Below are positions 26,241-64,000 of a DNA stretch of 64,000 nucleotides, one piece after another (the first letter of the stretch is position 1; every line of letters begins with the position of its first letter). The notes under the pieces are model-generated. The model did no database searches and was not told the origin of the DNA. It saw only the letters and a list, made by a program, of their open reading frames with translations. The DNA comes from Chrysomallon squamiferum. Its lineage: Eukaryota > Animalia > Mollusca. The position numbers were made by a program, and so were the translations under genes. Location: NCBI GenBank assembly GCA_012295275.1, contig CM022679.1, forward strand, positions 25,296,001-25,360,000. The letters run 5' to 3'.

Positions 26241-26853
26241 CAACAAAAGGCAGTAACGTCATCGTGCTTTTAAGAAAACATCACATGAATGATATACAGT
26301 AACTGTTATTACAGAAAAACGTGTTGAACTGCAATATTATGGCTTTCATTTTATTTATTCTATATATTGCTTTTAGAGTATAATTATTTAGATATCTGAA
26401 TTAATTATTTTATAACATTCTGTTGAGCCGGTACGTGTTAAAAGAACTAAAAAAAAAAAAAAAAAAAATTAAAAAAAAAAAAAAAAAAAAGCCATCATTT
26501 CTTTTCCTCTTCGATACAATGACTACATCAAGGCTGTATCATATGAATGAAATTCATTCTGTTTAATCCTCACTCTTCTAACCAGTCCTTACAGAATGTA
26601 AACAATGTAAAGTGTTGTATATTGCGTCCATGGCAAGACTTTGTCATAAAACAAACACTCCAACGCCTAAAGGCCTGGATTCTGTCATAAACTGAACACT
26701 CACGAGTCAGAAAGCTGAACTGTGAAGTGTTATTTCAAAACGTATGACGTTCTTCGTGTCCTTTTCACACCGCTTTATCACCTGCAAGGTGTGATTTCTA
26801 CGCATATAAATTATAGTTTTTGGCTACCGTAATCTTTGTTTTATTTTCGGTTA

Positions 26854-26857
<4 letters not shown>

Positions 26858-26927
<70 letters not shown>
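26858..26927. repeat. (CT)n microsatellite
   Basis: Direct reading. Confidence 0.95.
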
Positions 26928-26930
<3 letters not shown>

Positions 26931-26994
26931 AGTATTTTTTAATGTATGTACGTATGTATAATTAAACAGAAAATTCACATTTATAATGAATGGT

Positions 26995-27212
26995 TCACAT
27001 TGAAAGGTTTGCAGATCTTTGTCCTTCTGTTACTTCGGTTTCTTCAAGATATGCCTGGTTTCGATTGCCCTCTGGAATTAAAAAGAAACCGAGAAAGATA
27101 ATAAAAATAAAAATTTAAACACCAACAGCAACAACATCGTCATCATCCAACGTCTGAAATTATTTTGGATACAATTTCTATTTTATTATTTAAAATAATA
27201 TATATATATATA

Positions 27213-27284
<72 letters not shown>

Positions 27285-27436
27285 TATTAAACAAAATTAA
27301 AAACCCCGAATAAGAAAAATACTTACCTTCAGATTCTAATAGAGACCTTTCCAACATTATATGAAGTTTTTCTGAAAAATAATAATGAAATATATAAACC
27401 GACAAAGGGAAACAATTTTGTTTAACATATTGCGGT

Positions 27437-27531
<95 letters not shown>

Positions 27532-28487
27532 ATATATATATATATATCTGTGTGTGTGTGTTTTCTTAGTATTACTAAAATACTGCATGGTATTTTAATT
27601 CTACTTTTGTTTTTAAATCTAATATTAATATGATTTTAAATTATAGAATTTGGTTTTTTACAACGTCTGTAGTGGCAAGCAAATTCAGTAATATTTACTT
27701 TTGTACAAATACCCGACAACCGTAGCAGTTACGACAATGGCTATGAATGCCAAGCAAATAGCGACAACAGAAACGACGATGGCCACGCTGATGACCCCTG
27801 TTTTGTTTGCAGGTGTTGTCGTTGCTGTTGTTATACTTCCTGTTGTATTCAAAGTTGTAACAATACCCACTGAATAGAAAAGGCTAAAATGTTTTATTGT
27901 TCATGACAGAATACACAATACATTCTATTAAAAGGAACAGTAATAAAATGATTGTTTTCTCGCGGTATATAACATTTTAAATGTATTAATCTTTTAACTT
28001 CTGTTGCCTGTTCGATACCAGGATTTACTCCAAAGTAAAAATTAAAAAAAGAAAAAGCTTTTTTTTTCTTCTTTAAAGCATTAACATATTTTTGTATGTG
28101 TATTCTTACAGAAGGTGTAACACATTCTACTGCACTTTGAAACTACAGTGAACAATAGAGATTACTAATGGAGATTGATATTAGATCCCATCCATATTAT
28201 AGACAATGATTTACGTTTCGCATGACAACCTTTACTCAAACCCATGTATTCTGAATCGCAGTTATACTGTGTTTTTTTTTAACGTTATATCCCGTTCAAC
28301 ATTCAAGTGTTCATAACACGTGTTACTGCAAATTAACTAGCAAGAAACATTTACAAAATTCCACATCTGACATTATTTAAAGCGACAGTCATATTTGTTT
28401 CTTGGATCGTAATTTCGTGCGTTTTATTTAACAACTTGTCTTACCTGAAGCCACAGTACAGAAAATGTACGATACGATGAACGACAT
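26995..28487 (-). CDS. Small single-pass membrane protein of unknown family, 111 aa
   Basis: Four exons 28487-28445, 27869-27699, 27371-27327, 27071-26995, with canonical GT/AG and all introns phase 1, total 336 nt. Product: MSFIVSYIFCTVASVGIVTTLNTTGSITTATTTPANKTGVISVAIVVSVVAICLAFIAIVVTATVVGYLYKKKLHIMLERSLLESEEGNRNQAYLEETEVTEGQRSANLSM. Confidence 0.72.
27441..27528. repeat. (AG)n microsatellite
   Basis: Direct reading. Confidence 0.95.
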
Positions 28488-29462
28488 TTTATTTTCTAAC
28501 TGATAATAAACAGAAAGTAGGTTATACACGGCTTATGAACGTCAAACAGTAAACAGTTTGGAGACGGGTAATTGGGCTGTTGTTAAGTGTATCAGTGTTT
28601 GGACATACGGGTGAAGCGAATCGAGAATGAAGTCCACTTTGTTCGCGTTCAGCAGGGTCAGTGAACGTAATTCTGTTACTCACGTGGTGCAGACAAAACC
28701 ACAGCAGTTGACCAGAATCGAATTACTGCGAACCTTACCTAGGGATATTCTACAAAACAACTTACTATACACTATATCTTTGTCCTATCTGTAACTTTGT
28801 CCCATCTTTGTCCTATACTGCTGCTGAGACTGTAAAGATTGTATAGTGAGCTTTCAAGACTGCTGTAAAACAAGCATCAGTCTATTATTCAGAAATATAA
28901 ATCTTTTTTTCTTGATTTATCAGTTTTTACTGCTACGACCAGACTCCTGTTTAGATTATCAATCAACTCGTTATTAGGATTCGCCTGTTTTGTACAAAAA
29001 CTCTCTGGCGAGGTCAAAGGTTTAATAATGTCCTTCTGCACAGATATTAGAAAAGAAATTAATAAATATTTTACTCCTCACGTTCCATACATTTTCTATC
29101 GTTCCAAACCAATCGTCTTGCGCTGGTCGGAACGGGTCTTTGGTTATCCGTAATTTGACGGAGATTTCACAAAAGAGGATTTGGGATGAAGTGATAGATA
29201 TTGTCACAGGTTTATTCAGTTTGTGTAAGTAAAAGTCAGCTGCATGCCAGCTGTGAAAACCAGCTTGCTATTTAAAACCGCAAAGACGTCATTCGTTTCA
29301 TGTCTTCTAAATATTGACAAAAATAAGTAAAACTTCGTAGCTTACAGAAAAACAGAAGAAAGAAAGAAAGAAAACTGGGCACAGTTTAAATAAATTCAAG
29401 AATAAATTAACTAGTTTTAAGACACCATGCCAGTGTATTTGTAAGTTGATACAATATATACA

Positions 29463-29498
<36 letters not shown>

Positions 29499-30156
29499 TA
29501 GTGATACACCGTCACAGAATGTTTGACAGAAACATACATATGTATGTACATACATACATAAATAATCTTTTGTATCCAACTATATTAAACATGCGTTTAC
29601 AATACAAATTTTGAATTTACGCATAGATCTATTATTTATATAATATACTTACAAATATTTTCATATCAAACTCCTACGCTTATCTAACTGAAATTAACAA
29701 ACCTGCGAACAACACACGCAAGAAAACACACCTACGCTTATTTACTTTCCAATATTTCCACGTGTTTGTCGTAAAAAGATGTTCCGTGAATAAATAAGTA
29801 ATTATGGAAAAATTATTAAGTTTCACTCGATGAAATTACTCGATGTATTCAGCAAGAATCAAATTCGTGAAATTTCTATACAAATTTCAATATTAGTTCT
29901 AAAAGAGTAAGTTATTTTTATAGCCTGACGAAGACGAATCAATGATTTATGATAGTTAATAGGATGTCTATTAAATTATTGTTTTAATTTTGTTAAAGTA
30001 TGTGGGTTTAGAAATCTACTCCACTATTACCCGCCATTCACCGATTAGCAAAATAGAATTTTATACTTAGCTTTTACTGGACACAGCAAGGGCGCGAAGC
30101 GTATGTGTGTGTGTGTGTGTGTGTGTGAGTGCGTGTGCGTTTGTGTGTGTGTGTAT

Positions 30157-30341
30157 TAGTGAGAATGGTTTCTTGACGTATCATATATTATTACATAAGA
30201 TAGTAAAAATGATTTCTCGGCGTGATATATCAAGACCTGAGATAGTAATAATGGTTTCTTGACGTATGATGTATCATAATCAGAGTTAGTAATAATGATT
30301 TCTAGCCGTGTGGTATTCTATTACCTCAGTTAGTAATAATG
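30157..30341. repeat. Degenerate ~43-nt minisatellite (4+ units starting TAGTAATAATG(G/A)TTTCT)
   Basis: Units start at about 30157, 30201, 30243, 30287 and 30331. Confidence 0.7.
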
Positions 30342-30668
30342 TGGGGTTTTGTGTTGGGTTTTTTGACGTTTTATATATCATAATATATATATAATAGTTT
30401 CTTAAAAGTAAGATTATATAGCTTTATTTACAGCAGTTATAAACAAATAATAAAAGGTATAGAATATTCATTTCTTCTTTTTTTTTCTTGGTTTTTTTTT
30501 TCTTTGGGGGGGGCTAAATATAGGTTAAAAAGAAACATATTATTCGTCATTCGACAGAAACGTAAAATAAATCAGAGAAAATTAATCTGACACATATAAC
30601 TTTATCTACAACAGTTCGAAAATAATAAAAGATATATAAAGCTTTATTACATTTTTCGGTTATAGTTT

Positions 30669-30704
<36 letters not shown>

Positions 30705-31053
30705 AGCGGTGATTGCTAAACAGAGTTTAAATATAATAAACCGTTTATTATTCGTCATTCGTTACAAACTCAAAATAAACCAAAGAAATACGGGACAGAA
30801 AACTTTATTTACAACAGTTGGGATAAAAAAAAAAAATTAATACGGCAATGTTTGACAATCCGATACTTACAATGGCGTTTTCAGACATCTGGGTTTTTTT
30901 TTGTGTGCATAACATTTTCTTTTGTTTCTGGCATACTCTGCGTATTGTCGACACCAAACTCGCCTTGTATAATAAGAAGAGAAACATAAATTCAAATACT
31001 TCGTCTTTCTAGAGGACTTGAAACTAACTCTACGGCTCAGAGCAACGATAAAT

Positions 31054-48238
<17,185 letters not shown>

Positions 48239-48523
48239 TCGACAGTACAAGTCTTACTGATGCAGTTAAAAACTAGAGAAATAAATTAACTTCATTAATA
48301 AACTTTTCGTCTTTTTTCTTGTTTATTTTTTTTTTTTTTATTATTATTTTGTTGTTTTTATTGTTATTGTTGTTGTTGTTTTGTTTTATTTGTTTTTTTG
48401 TTATTTGTTTTTAATTTTTGGGATGATTATAAATATATAATTAACATTCGAACTGCCAATGCCAAACAACTGATATATCAGTAACCAAGGTACGTGCTTT
48501 TCTGTTAAGTGAAGGTGAGTTTT

Positions 48524-48611
<88 letters not shown>

Positions 48612-48909
48612 CTAGGTCACATTTAATTGTAACTTCAGATTTGCCAACAAACAGTTCACAAACTGATAATCAAAACATAATTAAAAATAAAAAATTAACA
48701 TTAACGCATACTTACGATTTTGATCATTAAACTAACTTAACTTTACTGAAGACAGCTTATTTAGCATGATGATAAAGTTCGAAATTCCTTAAAAGTATAC
48801 ACACGTCTTTAAACTAAGTAATATATAACAATATCTACGTTACTATAGTATATGTTGATGCGACTGCATTCACCATGACGTCATTCTGTTATGTCCGAAG
48901 TATGTTTCT

Positions 48910-48960
<51 letters not shown>

Positions 48961-50029
48961 GCCAATGTTACAGAATGGATTAATGGTGAAAAATCTGAGA
49001 TCTCGTGGAATGCTAATAATTCTTTTTGTGCATCTTTTTCTTTCTTTTTTTATTAGCATGCTCTCATACAAAATGAAAAAGATATGGATATAAAAAAACG
49101 ACAGAACCTATTTTAAAAACCCACGAGAGTACGTGATATTGGTGAGCAGCATATGAAGATGGGAATACACTACACAGAATACGAACAATGACCTCGGCCT
49201 AAATCACGTTGTAAAGTAAGCAAATTTGTGAAACTGCAACACTATATTATAGGCGTCTTGCTGGAAGAAGGAATAACATCGTCACATATTTCATTATGAT
49301 CGCCAATACTGTGGGTGTTCTGTAGAATAAAAAAATTGGCTGTTGTAACAACAAACGTAAACAGAGTACAGGTTATCTCTGTGACATCGACAGTAGAAAC
49401 GATCACATGATGTTTCAGAAACATTGTGTTTTCTTTCCCTTTAACATCGAAAAGATTTTGTTGCATAATAAGTTCTCATGTTTTCAAATATTAAAACAAA
49501 ATAATATATTTTGAGGAAGAGAATAATTAAAATAATACGATTCAATACATGTAAATCGAAATAAGTTTTTTTTAAATTATATTTTTTTATGTTTTTTATC
49601 TTATACACAAATTTATCAAGTTTTATAGTTGTTTTTTATTTTTTACTGTTTTTTTTTTTTTTTTATATATATATATATTACTCATTTATATCAAATAAAA
49701 ATATAAACGTGAAATAAAAAATACAAAAGTATCGCTACGTCGACTTCTTTTACTTTAATATCGTTCAAAATATTTATCATTTTTGCAGTAAGATAACTCT
49801 TTATTTAACTGATATTTATGAGTTATCTCCCTGATCATTAAATTTCTTTCAATCAATACATTGGTATAAATATGTATTAACTTCATTAGCAGCAAAATCT
49901 TTTGTGCCTTGACATGTATAGCAGAACAAAACAAAAATATATTTACATGTTAAAAGCATTCTAGTGTTATAAAATGTTACAAAGAAGTGGTAGAAACAAA
50001 AAATTAACGACTCGGGACGGCATCCACGC

Positions 50030-50165
50030 ACTTACTCGATACTAAAAGATGCGGAGGATGTTGCTTTGACAACTATCACGTGATTATTATTCCTGAATCT
50101 AATCATGGCGTAATCATGGCGCGGGAATGGATTCTGACAAAATCTGGAGTTTTAAATGGTAATTA
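50030..50165. promoter_or_regulatory. Candidate CpG-rich promoter / non-coding first exon of the PP1-like gene
   Basis: CpG-rich patch with tandem AATCATGGCG (YY1-like), E-box TCACGTGA, and a + strand donor TG|GTAATT at 50159. It lies just before the CpG-depleted gene body. Confidence 0.45.
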
Positions 50166-50716
50166 TATTTGACATTGGCATGCATATTTTACCAGTTATA
50201 AGTTTTAAGTGTACGGAGCTATTTTTGTATTTTTTAAATATGGTAGAGGTAAACCCGAATGTTCAAACGTACTCGGTAGACCATGGATTTAGAAAGCAAA
50301 ATTGTAATTATGATATTCATAGTTATGCACATTCAACATTGGTCATTGCAGCGTTACGCTTCATTCAACACCAGAATAATTTTTTTTTTATACTGTGTGC
50401 TGATATTTCTGTATATATCTTATACAAACATACAAAAAATAGTAAACGCCTGCTTCTGGAGTAAACAAAAATAACTCGAAACGAATTTTGGTAAATAAAA
50501 TCAGAAAACATTCGTAATTTTTATTCAGTAGCTCGTTTAGGCCAAAATTAGGATATCTTTACCTTTTGTTAGATTTTGAATGCAAGAGGTAGTGTTAGAG
50601 AAAATTGAATGCAAGAGAAAATTGTTAATATTCGCTTGTTTTTTGGGGGGGTATGTTGGTTTTGCACACAGATAAATATGTTATGGTCATATAAATTAGG
50701 GTAAAGACAATTATTA

Positions 50717-50766
<50 letters not shown>

Positions 50767-51038
50767 TTCATATCTGCACAAGTTAAATTGCAATGCACAA
50801 AACCTGGATTTTTAACATTATCCTCAATTTAGTAACAATTTTAGAATGGGTAATAATTATTTTTTATATAATAATACCAACAGATATCAAATTAAAAATG
50901 GCTAAACCACTGAGGTGATGTTCAACAAAACAAAATAATTTTACAAAATAGACTTTGACAGAGAATGATTTTTGAATATTTACTAAAACAGAAACAAACA
51001 AGTGAAATTACTGTCATACGTTATTTTACCAGAACATT

Positions 51039-51075
<37 letters not shown>

Positions 51076-51577
51076 ACCTTGTTATCAATTGGTAGCTTGA
51101 ATTTTCTTTATTTTCTTACTTTATTTATTATTACTTTTTTTTTTTTTTTTTTCTGAATGGATTTGGTAATTAAGCTTCATAAAATTTGAGATTATTATGT
51201 TGTTGTTTTCTTTTTTCTTTTTTTCTTTTTTTTTCTTTTGTTCTAAAATTTATAATTAAGTTTTTTTTATCTCCCTAGTATCCTTACTGGTCATAATGCA
51301 CTGACTTAACAACAAAATCTTCATTGTATCCCATATATTCACTGGGACAGTGCAGTTAAATTTTTTATGTTAGATGGCATAATCATTCTGAGAGTGAAAA
51401 CATTGATATATTTATATTAACAGTAGACCTGTGAGAAAAATCAGTGTTTCAGCATATGGTCTTGTCGATATCTATGCAATCAATACTTTCTGATTCACTT
51501 ATAATAAATAACTGATAACTGAATAGATAAATATTACTACAGAAACATGTAAGTAAAGTGAATTTTGACACAATATA

Positions 51578-51661
51578 CAGGTTAAGAATCCTTTAGCTGA
51601 AATACATGGGACCATGTTTCAGATTTTGGAACATAACAGCTTAGAATAGGATCTAAGTCTA
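51578..51661 (+). mobile_element. Truncated pogo/Tigger-like MITE end
   Basis: TA-CAGGTTAAGAATCCTTTAGCTGAAATACATGGGACCA..TGTTTCAGATTTTGGA resembles, from memory, Tigger4/MER46-type termini. The second TIR was not found. Confidence 0.5.
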
Positions 51662-52253
51662 TATATATATCTGATAACCATCACTTATGATCTTACTGTA
51701 ATGATTATAAATACGTACCTTGAATTTTGTTTATCAGTATGGGTATTGTATGTGGTTTGTAAATGATGATAAAGTAAAAAGGTGTGTGTGTGATTTATAT
51801 TAGAAAAACTCAAAGTTAAGTTTAGTTCTAAAGCTTGTCAGAATTGACTAATGTATTAATTTAAAATATCATTTTTCATGTTATATCTTGATTAGACTTA
51901 AGTGACTTATTAAGAAGAATATCAAGATATTTAAATACTCTTTTCTTCCATCATTTTTTCTTTCTTTCTTTCTTTTTATTAATTATATACTGGTAAGCAT
52001 ATTTTATATATTACAGTTTTCTTCTATAAAATGGAAATGAACAAGGCCATCCTTGTGTGAATTTATATGACTTCATGAATGGGACAAGAAAACCAGAGGA
52101 CAGAACACACAGTAGGATCATATCCTTGGATTCATATTGCTGACTGTCGTTGCAGGCAGTGAAATACCTTTGCCTGATCTACAGTTTATTATAATTTTAC
52201 CTGGCTTCACATTGACACTCCTTTCCACATAAACAATCAATCACAATTAAAAG

Positions 52254-60256
<8,003 letters not shown>

Positions 60257-63200
60257 AATATGAACCTGAAGACTTCTTACCTACTGCCAAAACCATTTTT
60301 AGTTTTTGTTTTAATTATTTATTTATGAACATAGGAAAAGACTTCAATAATCAATGTGACCAAATCTTTTACGCAAAACTTAGTTTGTTTTAGTTGCATG
60401 TTGCTCAGATTTGTTGTGCTAACAACTGAATGTGTGATTAAGTTAAGAGTAACTTTAGGGGTGTAGTAAATAGCAAGTGATGTGTGTGAGATAGCAAACA
60501 AAAGTTGTGAGAAATATCTGTGTTAATTTACATCAGGAACTGTGTTAAATAATGCTCATAATTTATTGATCTCTAGATGAGGTGTTTGTACTAATTTTAT
60601 TGATCTCTTTTGATTTAGATGGTTTTTATTATGCATCTAATAATAACATACAGTTTTTAGAACCATGTACATTTTAATCATTTAATTCACTTCATTTCAT
60701 TATTCAAACTTCAGTCTAATGAATATCTGTAACTAATGACTATAAAAATATTTTTAAAAGGTTAAAAAAAAGGCTAAGAATGTTTGTTTTTTTTTTTTTT
60801 TTTAAAACATAGGTCTGAAACCACATTTTTGACAATTGATTTACTCAGATTTACAAGGACATTGACAGGACGAAGCAATATTCTTTACTTGGCTTTTTCT
60901 AGACAGGATATGTTTAGAGTAGACTACAAATATCTGATTAACATGATGTATAACTGAACAAGAATAATGTAAATTACATTGACACTTATTATTCTAAGAT
61001 CAGATTTGCACTTCATTATAAACACAGCAATAAAAAGTATCTAATATGTAGGTCAAATTCTAACAAGATAAATGATCTGTATAGATTGACTGTTATTGTT
61101 CTAATTTTAGATTTGGCCTTTCACATAAATACTACCACACCGTCTGATCATATTTTAGGATCATTTTTTAATTTATTTTTTATAATTGTGCAATATATTG
61201 ATAATGATGCAGTAAATTTGTGTTTTGTTTTGTGTTGTATCCACTCTAGCAGAGATGACAATCATTTTTATTTTATTTTTAAGACAAAATTGTCAATTAG
61301 TGAATGCTGTATTTTAAATTTTATAAACTTAAAATTTTGTTTTTAAAATAAGAATAATATTCAGAAATCATTTTATTGAAACACGTACACATATAAAAAT
61401 AAGAAAAAATAAAAATGTTTATTCAAATTACAGGTTGTATATTTATTGACCTGTACATAGTAGATATAACTTGTATTTAACCCGAGGATTGTTTCAGTTT
61501 TTACATGGCAATGATAGCTAATAACAAAATCCTCAGTGACTGTTGATTTTAAGATATTTTTTCTTTTTAAGTTATAATAATCATTCTTTTATTTTCTTGT
61601 ATTAAATATTTAAAGAAAATAAATTTAATCATGTAGAATCTTTTACATATTGCAGATCTCAGCATCTATGACATTCCATTATAACCATAAATTTATTATT
61701 CCTTTTATTTATATGATTCATATAAACTATTTTTCTTTCAGTTGATTATTAACTTTTTAATAATGAATGGTCATAATTGTTGTAAGATGTGTAATGATAA
61801 TTAAAACCCATATCATTTTTTAAATTATTCCCTCAGATTCTTTTTAAATTAAGCATATTTACTTAAACATTCCTTTGTTTTCAAATCTGAAGTACAGATT
61901 GTAGTTTTAACAACATAAAGTTTACCAACTACTATATTTTATGCATCTAAAAGCAGTGTATTTTGAAATTATAAAAAATTAATTTTATTATTATTCCTAA
62001 TGTTTTGGAGTTGTTTTGTTTTACATGTATTTACATACTTGATAGATTTGATTTTCAACTGCATATAATCTAAAATATTTTTTAAATGTTTACTTTATTT
62101 ATTCAGACTTTTTGTCATTGGATTGGTGCAATATTTAATTAGATATTTTTTAAAACAAAAATTATTTATACTTTGTTATTTATTACATTTTTTTTATCCT
62201 TGGTCTGTGCAATATTTCTAAGCTTGCATTCCTATCATACATTCTGTTCAGAATATTACCGTTGGAAAAGGCTGTATTCTCATCTTCATTAATAAAGTAA
62301 TTATCTGTTTTAAATGAAGTTTACTTCATGGGTGAAGAGTTAGTGAACTTATAGTGTTTAATTTTCATTTCACAAAAGACATTTCTAACATTCATGTTAG
62401 TTTCCTGGTAGTAAAAATAGATTACTTTATTTAACTAAAACAGAACCTTTATAAACACTTTAATTTATTTAATGTGTTTTACTTATTTCTGTTTCTATTT
62501 ATGTAAATAAATAACACAGAATTTGATGTTAATTTTTTTTTTTAAATGTTATGCTGATTTACATTTCATTTCAAAGGTGGAATTAGAAAAATGTCATAAT
62601 CTGTGATAATGATGCACAAATATGTGCAATGTTATAGCCAATACCATTCTTTGTGTTAAATATGTAAATTAGAGTAGCTGTCTGTGTTATTGCTAACTTT
62701 TATTGCTTTATATTGTTATGTTTTAAAATTTCAGATTAAAAATAGAATTATTATTATGTGTCAGTTTAGAACCTCATACCAGATATCAGAGTATTAAGTC
62801 TTGTAGAGTAACTATAGTCATTGAAAAAATATGTAATTTAAAACATGCTTGCAAAACATATTGACATAATAAATTCTGAAATTCTAAGGGTTAGAAAATT
62901 CCATCATCACTGAAAGTAACATTTTTGAATGGAAAGAAAAATAATTCTGTAAGGAATACTTGAACATTTCATCTCTTTTAACCATCTATATCGGACACTG
63001 ATCCCATCTGGCCTTTCACATTTAATAAAAATGGAACTTTAGACATTACTTGTACATATCTTTAAAACAATCTTCCTCTTTTATAAATTCCTTAATTGAA
63101 AAAATATAAATGTTTAAATAAAGTATTTAAAACTTGTTCTCCAAGTGTTATTGCCCTATGCCATACCAACTACCAGTTTGTTAAATTTTGAAAACAACAT

Positions 63201-64000
63201 TTTGCATTCCTTATTTTACAGGTTATCTGATTTTTAATACAACATTGAGCTAATTTATTCTACACAAAATTCTGGTAACTCACTAGAGTCTTTTTAAATG
63301 TTTTATTCTATTTAATTTTAATTTAAATTTTTTATTTTTTCATGTGATTTGTTACATGAACTTTATAAAAACAATATTCCAAAAACTTTGAGAATAGGAT
63401 TTTCTTCTATTTATCAGCAATTTACCAACCAAATATGTAAGTAAAACTGTTTTACATTACATTCAGTCGACATAAATACCATGAATAATTATGCTGGTGA
63501 TTACTATATAAAATCAAGTCTTAAAGAAAGAATTCCAATTTTATGATGTTATCTGTTTCATATTATTTATTACATCTATTCCTTGATCTCTAGCATTGTA
63601 TCTGTATAAATGGGTCATAAAATATCTAGTCATCTTTAAATATTAGCAGTTTTATCTTTAGTACATGTAAAGTACATAACTATGTGCATGTTTCTTGTTG
63701 CTAAATAAAGAAATTAAAAAACCAGTATTAACTTGGCACTGTTTTTTTTTCTTATAACATAAATTCATAACACTTAAGAACTGCACTTATATTATTTTCA
63801 CATGCACATACATTTAAAATGAAATTATTTTGTTGGAAAACAGCCATATTAGGCCAAACTGGCAAACCAAGACAGAAGATGAATTTGCTAAATTCTAATA
63901 AAGTGCTCATACTGGGCCCCTTTTTAAAGCTGAAACATTTTTACCAACCTGTAGAATTCGAACAGTTCATTCTTAAAATATCAACAAAACCAACTTCATT

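Noticed and set aside
49242-49466. 74-aa minus-strand ORF
   Set aside because: No recognisable motif; a chance ORF cannot be excluded.
63941-64000. Possible terminal exon of a minus-strand gene (NEVGFVDILRMNCSNSTGW*)
   Set aside because: Too short and truncated by the window edge.

Overview
AT-rich, microsatellite-laden animal genomic DNA with GT-AG introns. It is probably a mollusc or other lophotrochozoan (inference from gene and repeat types). Five spliced genes were built by hand. (1) + strand 540-11973, 5' end not found: a GH18 chitinase-like gene with two catalytically degenerate GH18 domains and a ~3 kb Ser/Thr 66-nt VNTR. (2) - strand 14978-21731: a secreted chitinase (signal peptide-GH18-GH18-CBM14, ~931 aa) whose two GH18 cassettes are a near-identical tandem duplication including introns. 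(3) - strand 26995-28487: a 111-aa single-pass membrane microprotein. (4) + strand 31054-48238: a ~1096-aa secreted CAP/SCP-EGF-ShK-EGF-(cbEGF)x15-(EGF)x3 mosaic protein with a Tyr-rich C-terminus ending GKK. (5) + strand 52254-60256: a divergent PP1 catalytic subunit, with a decayed antisense Ariadne/RBR-like sequence in intron 5. There are also several MITE, LINE and SINE relics and a sharp CpG-depletion boundary near 50.6 kb. All models come from reading splice sites and frames; no database search was run.
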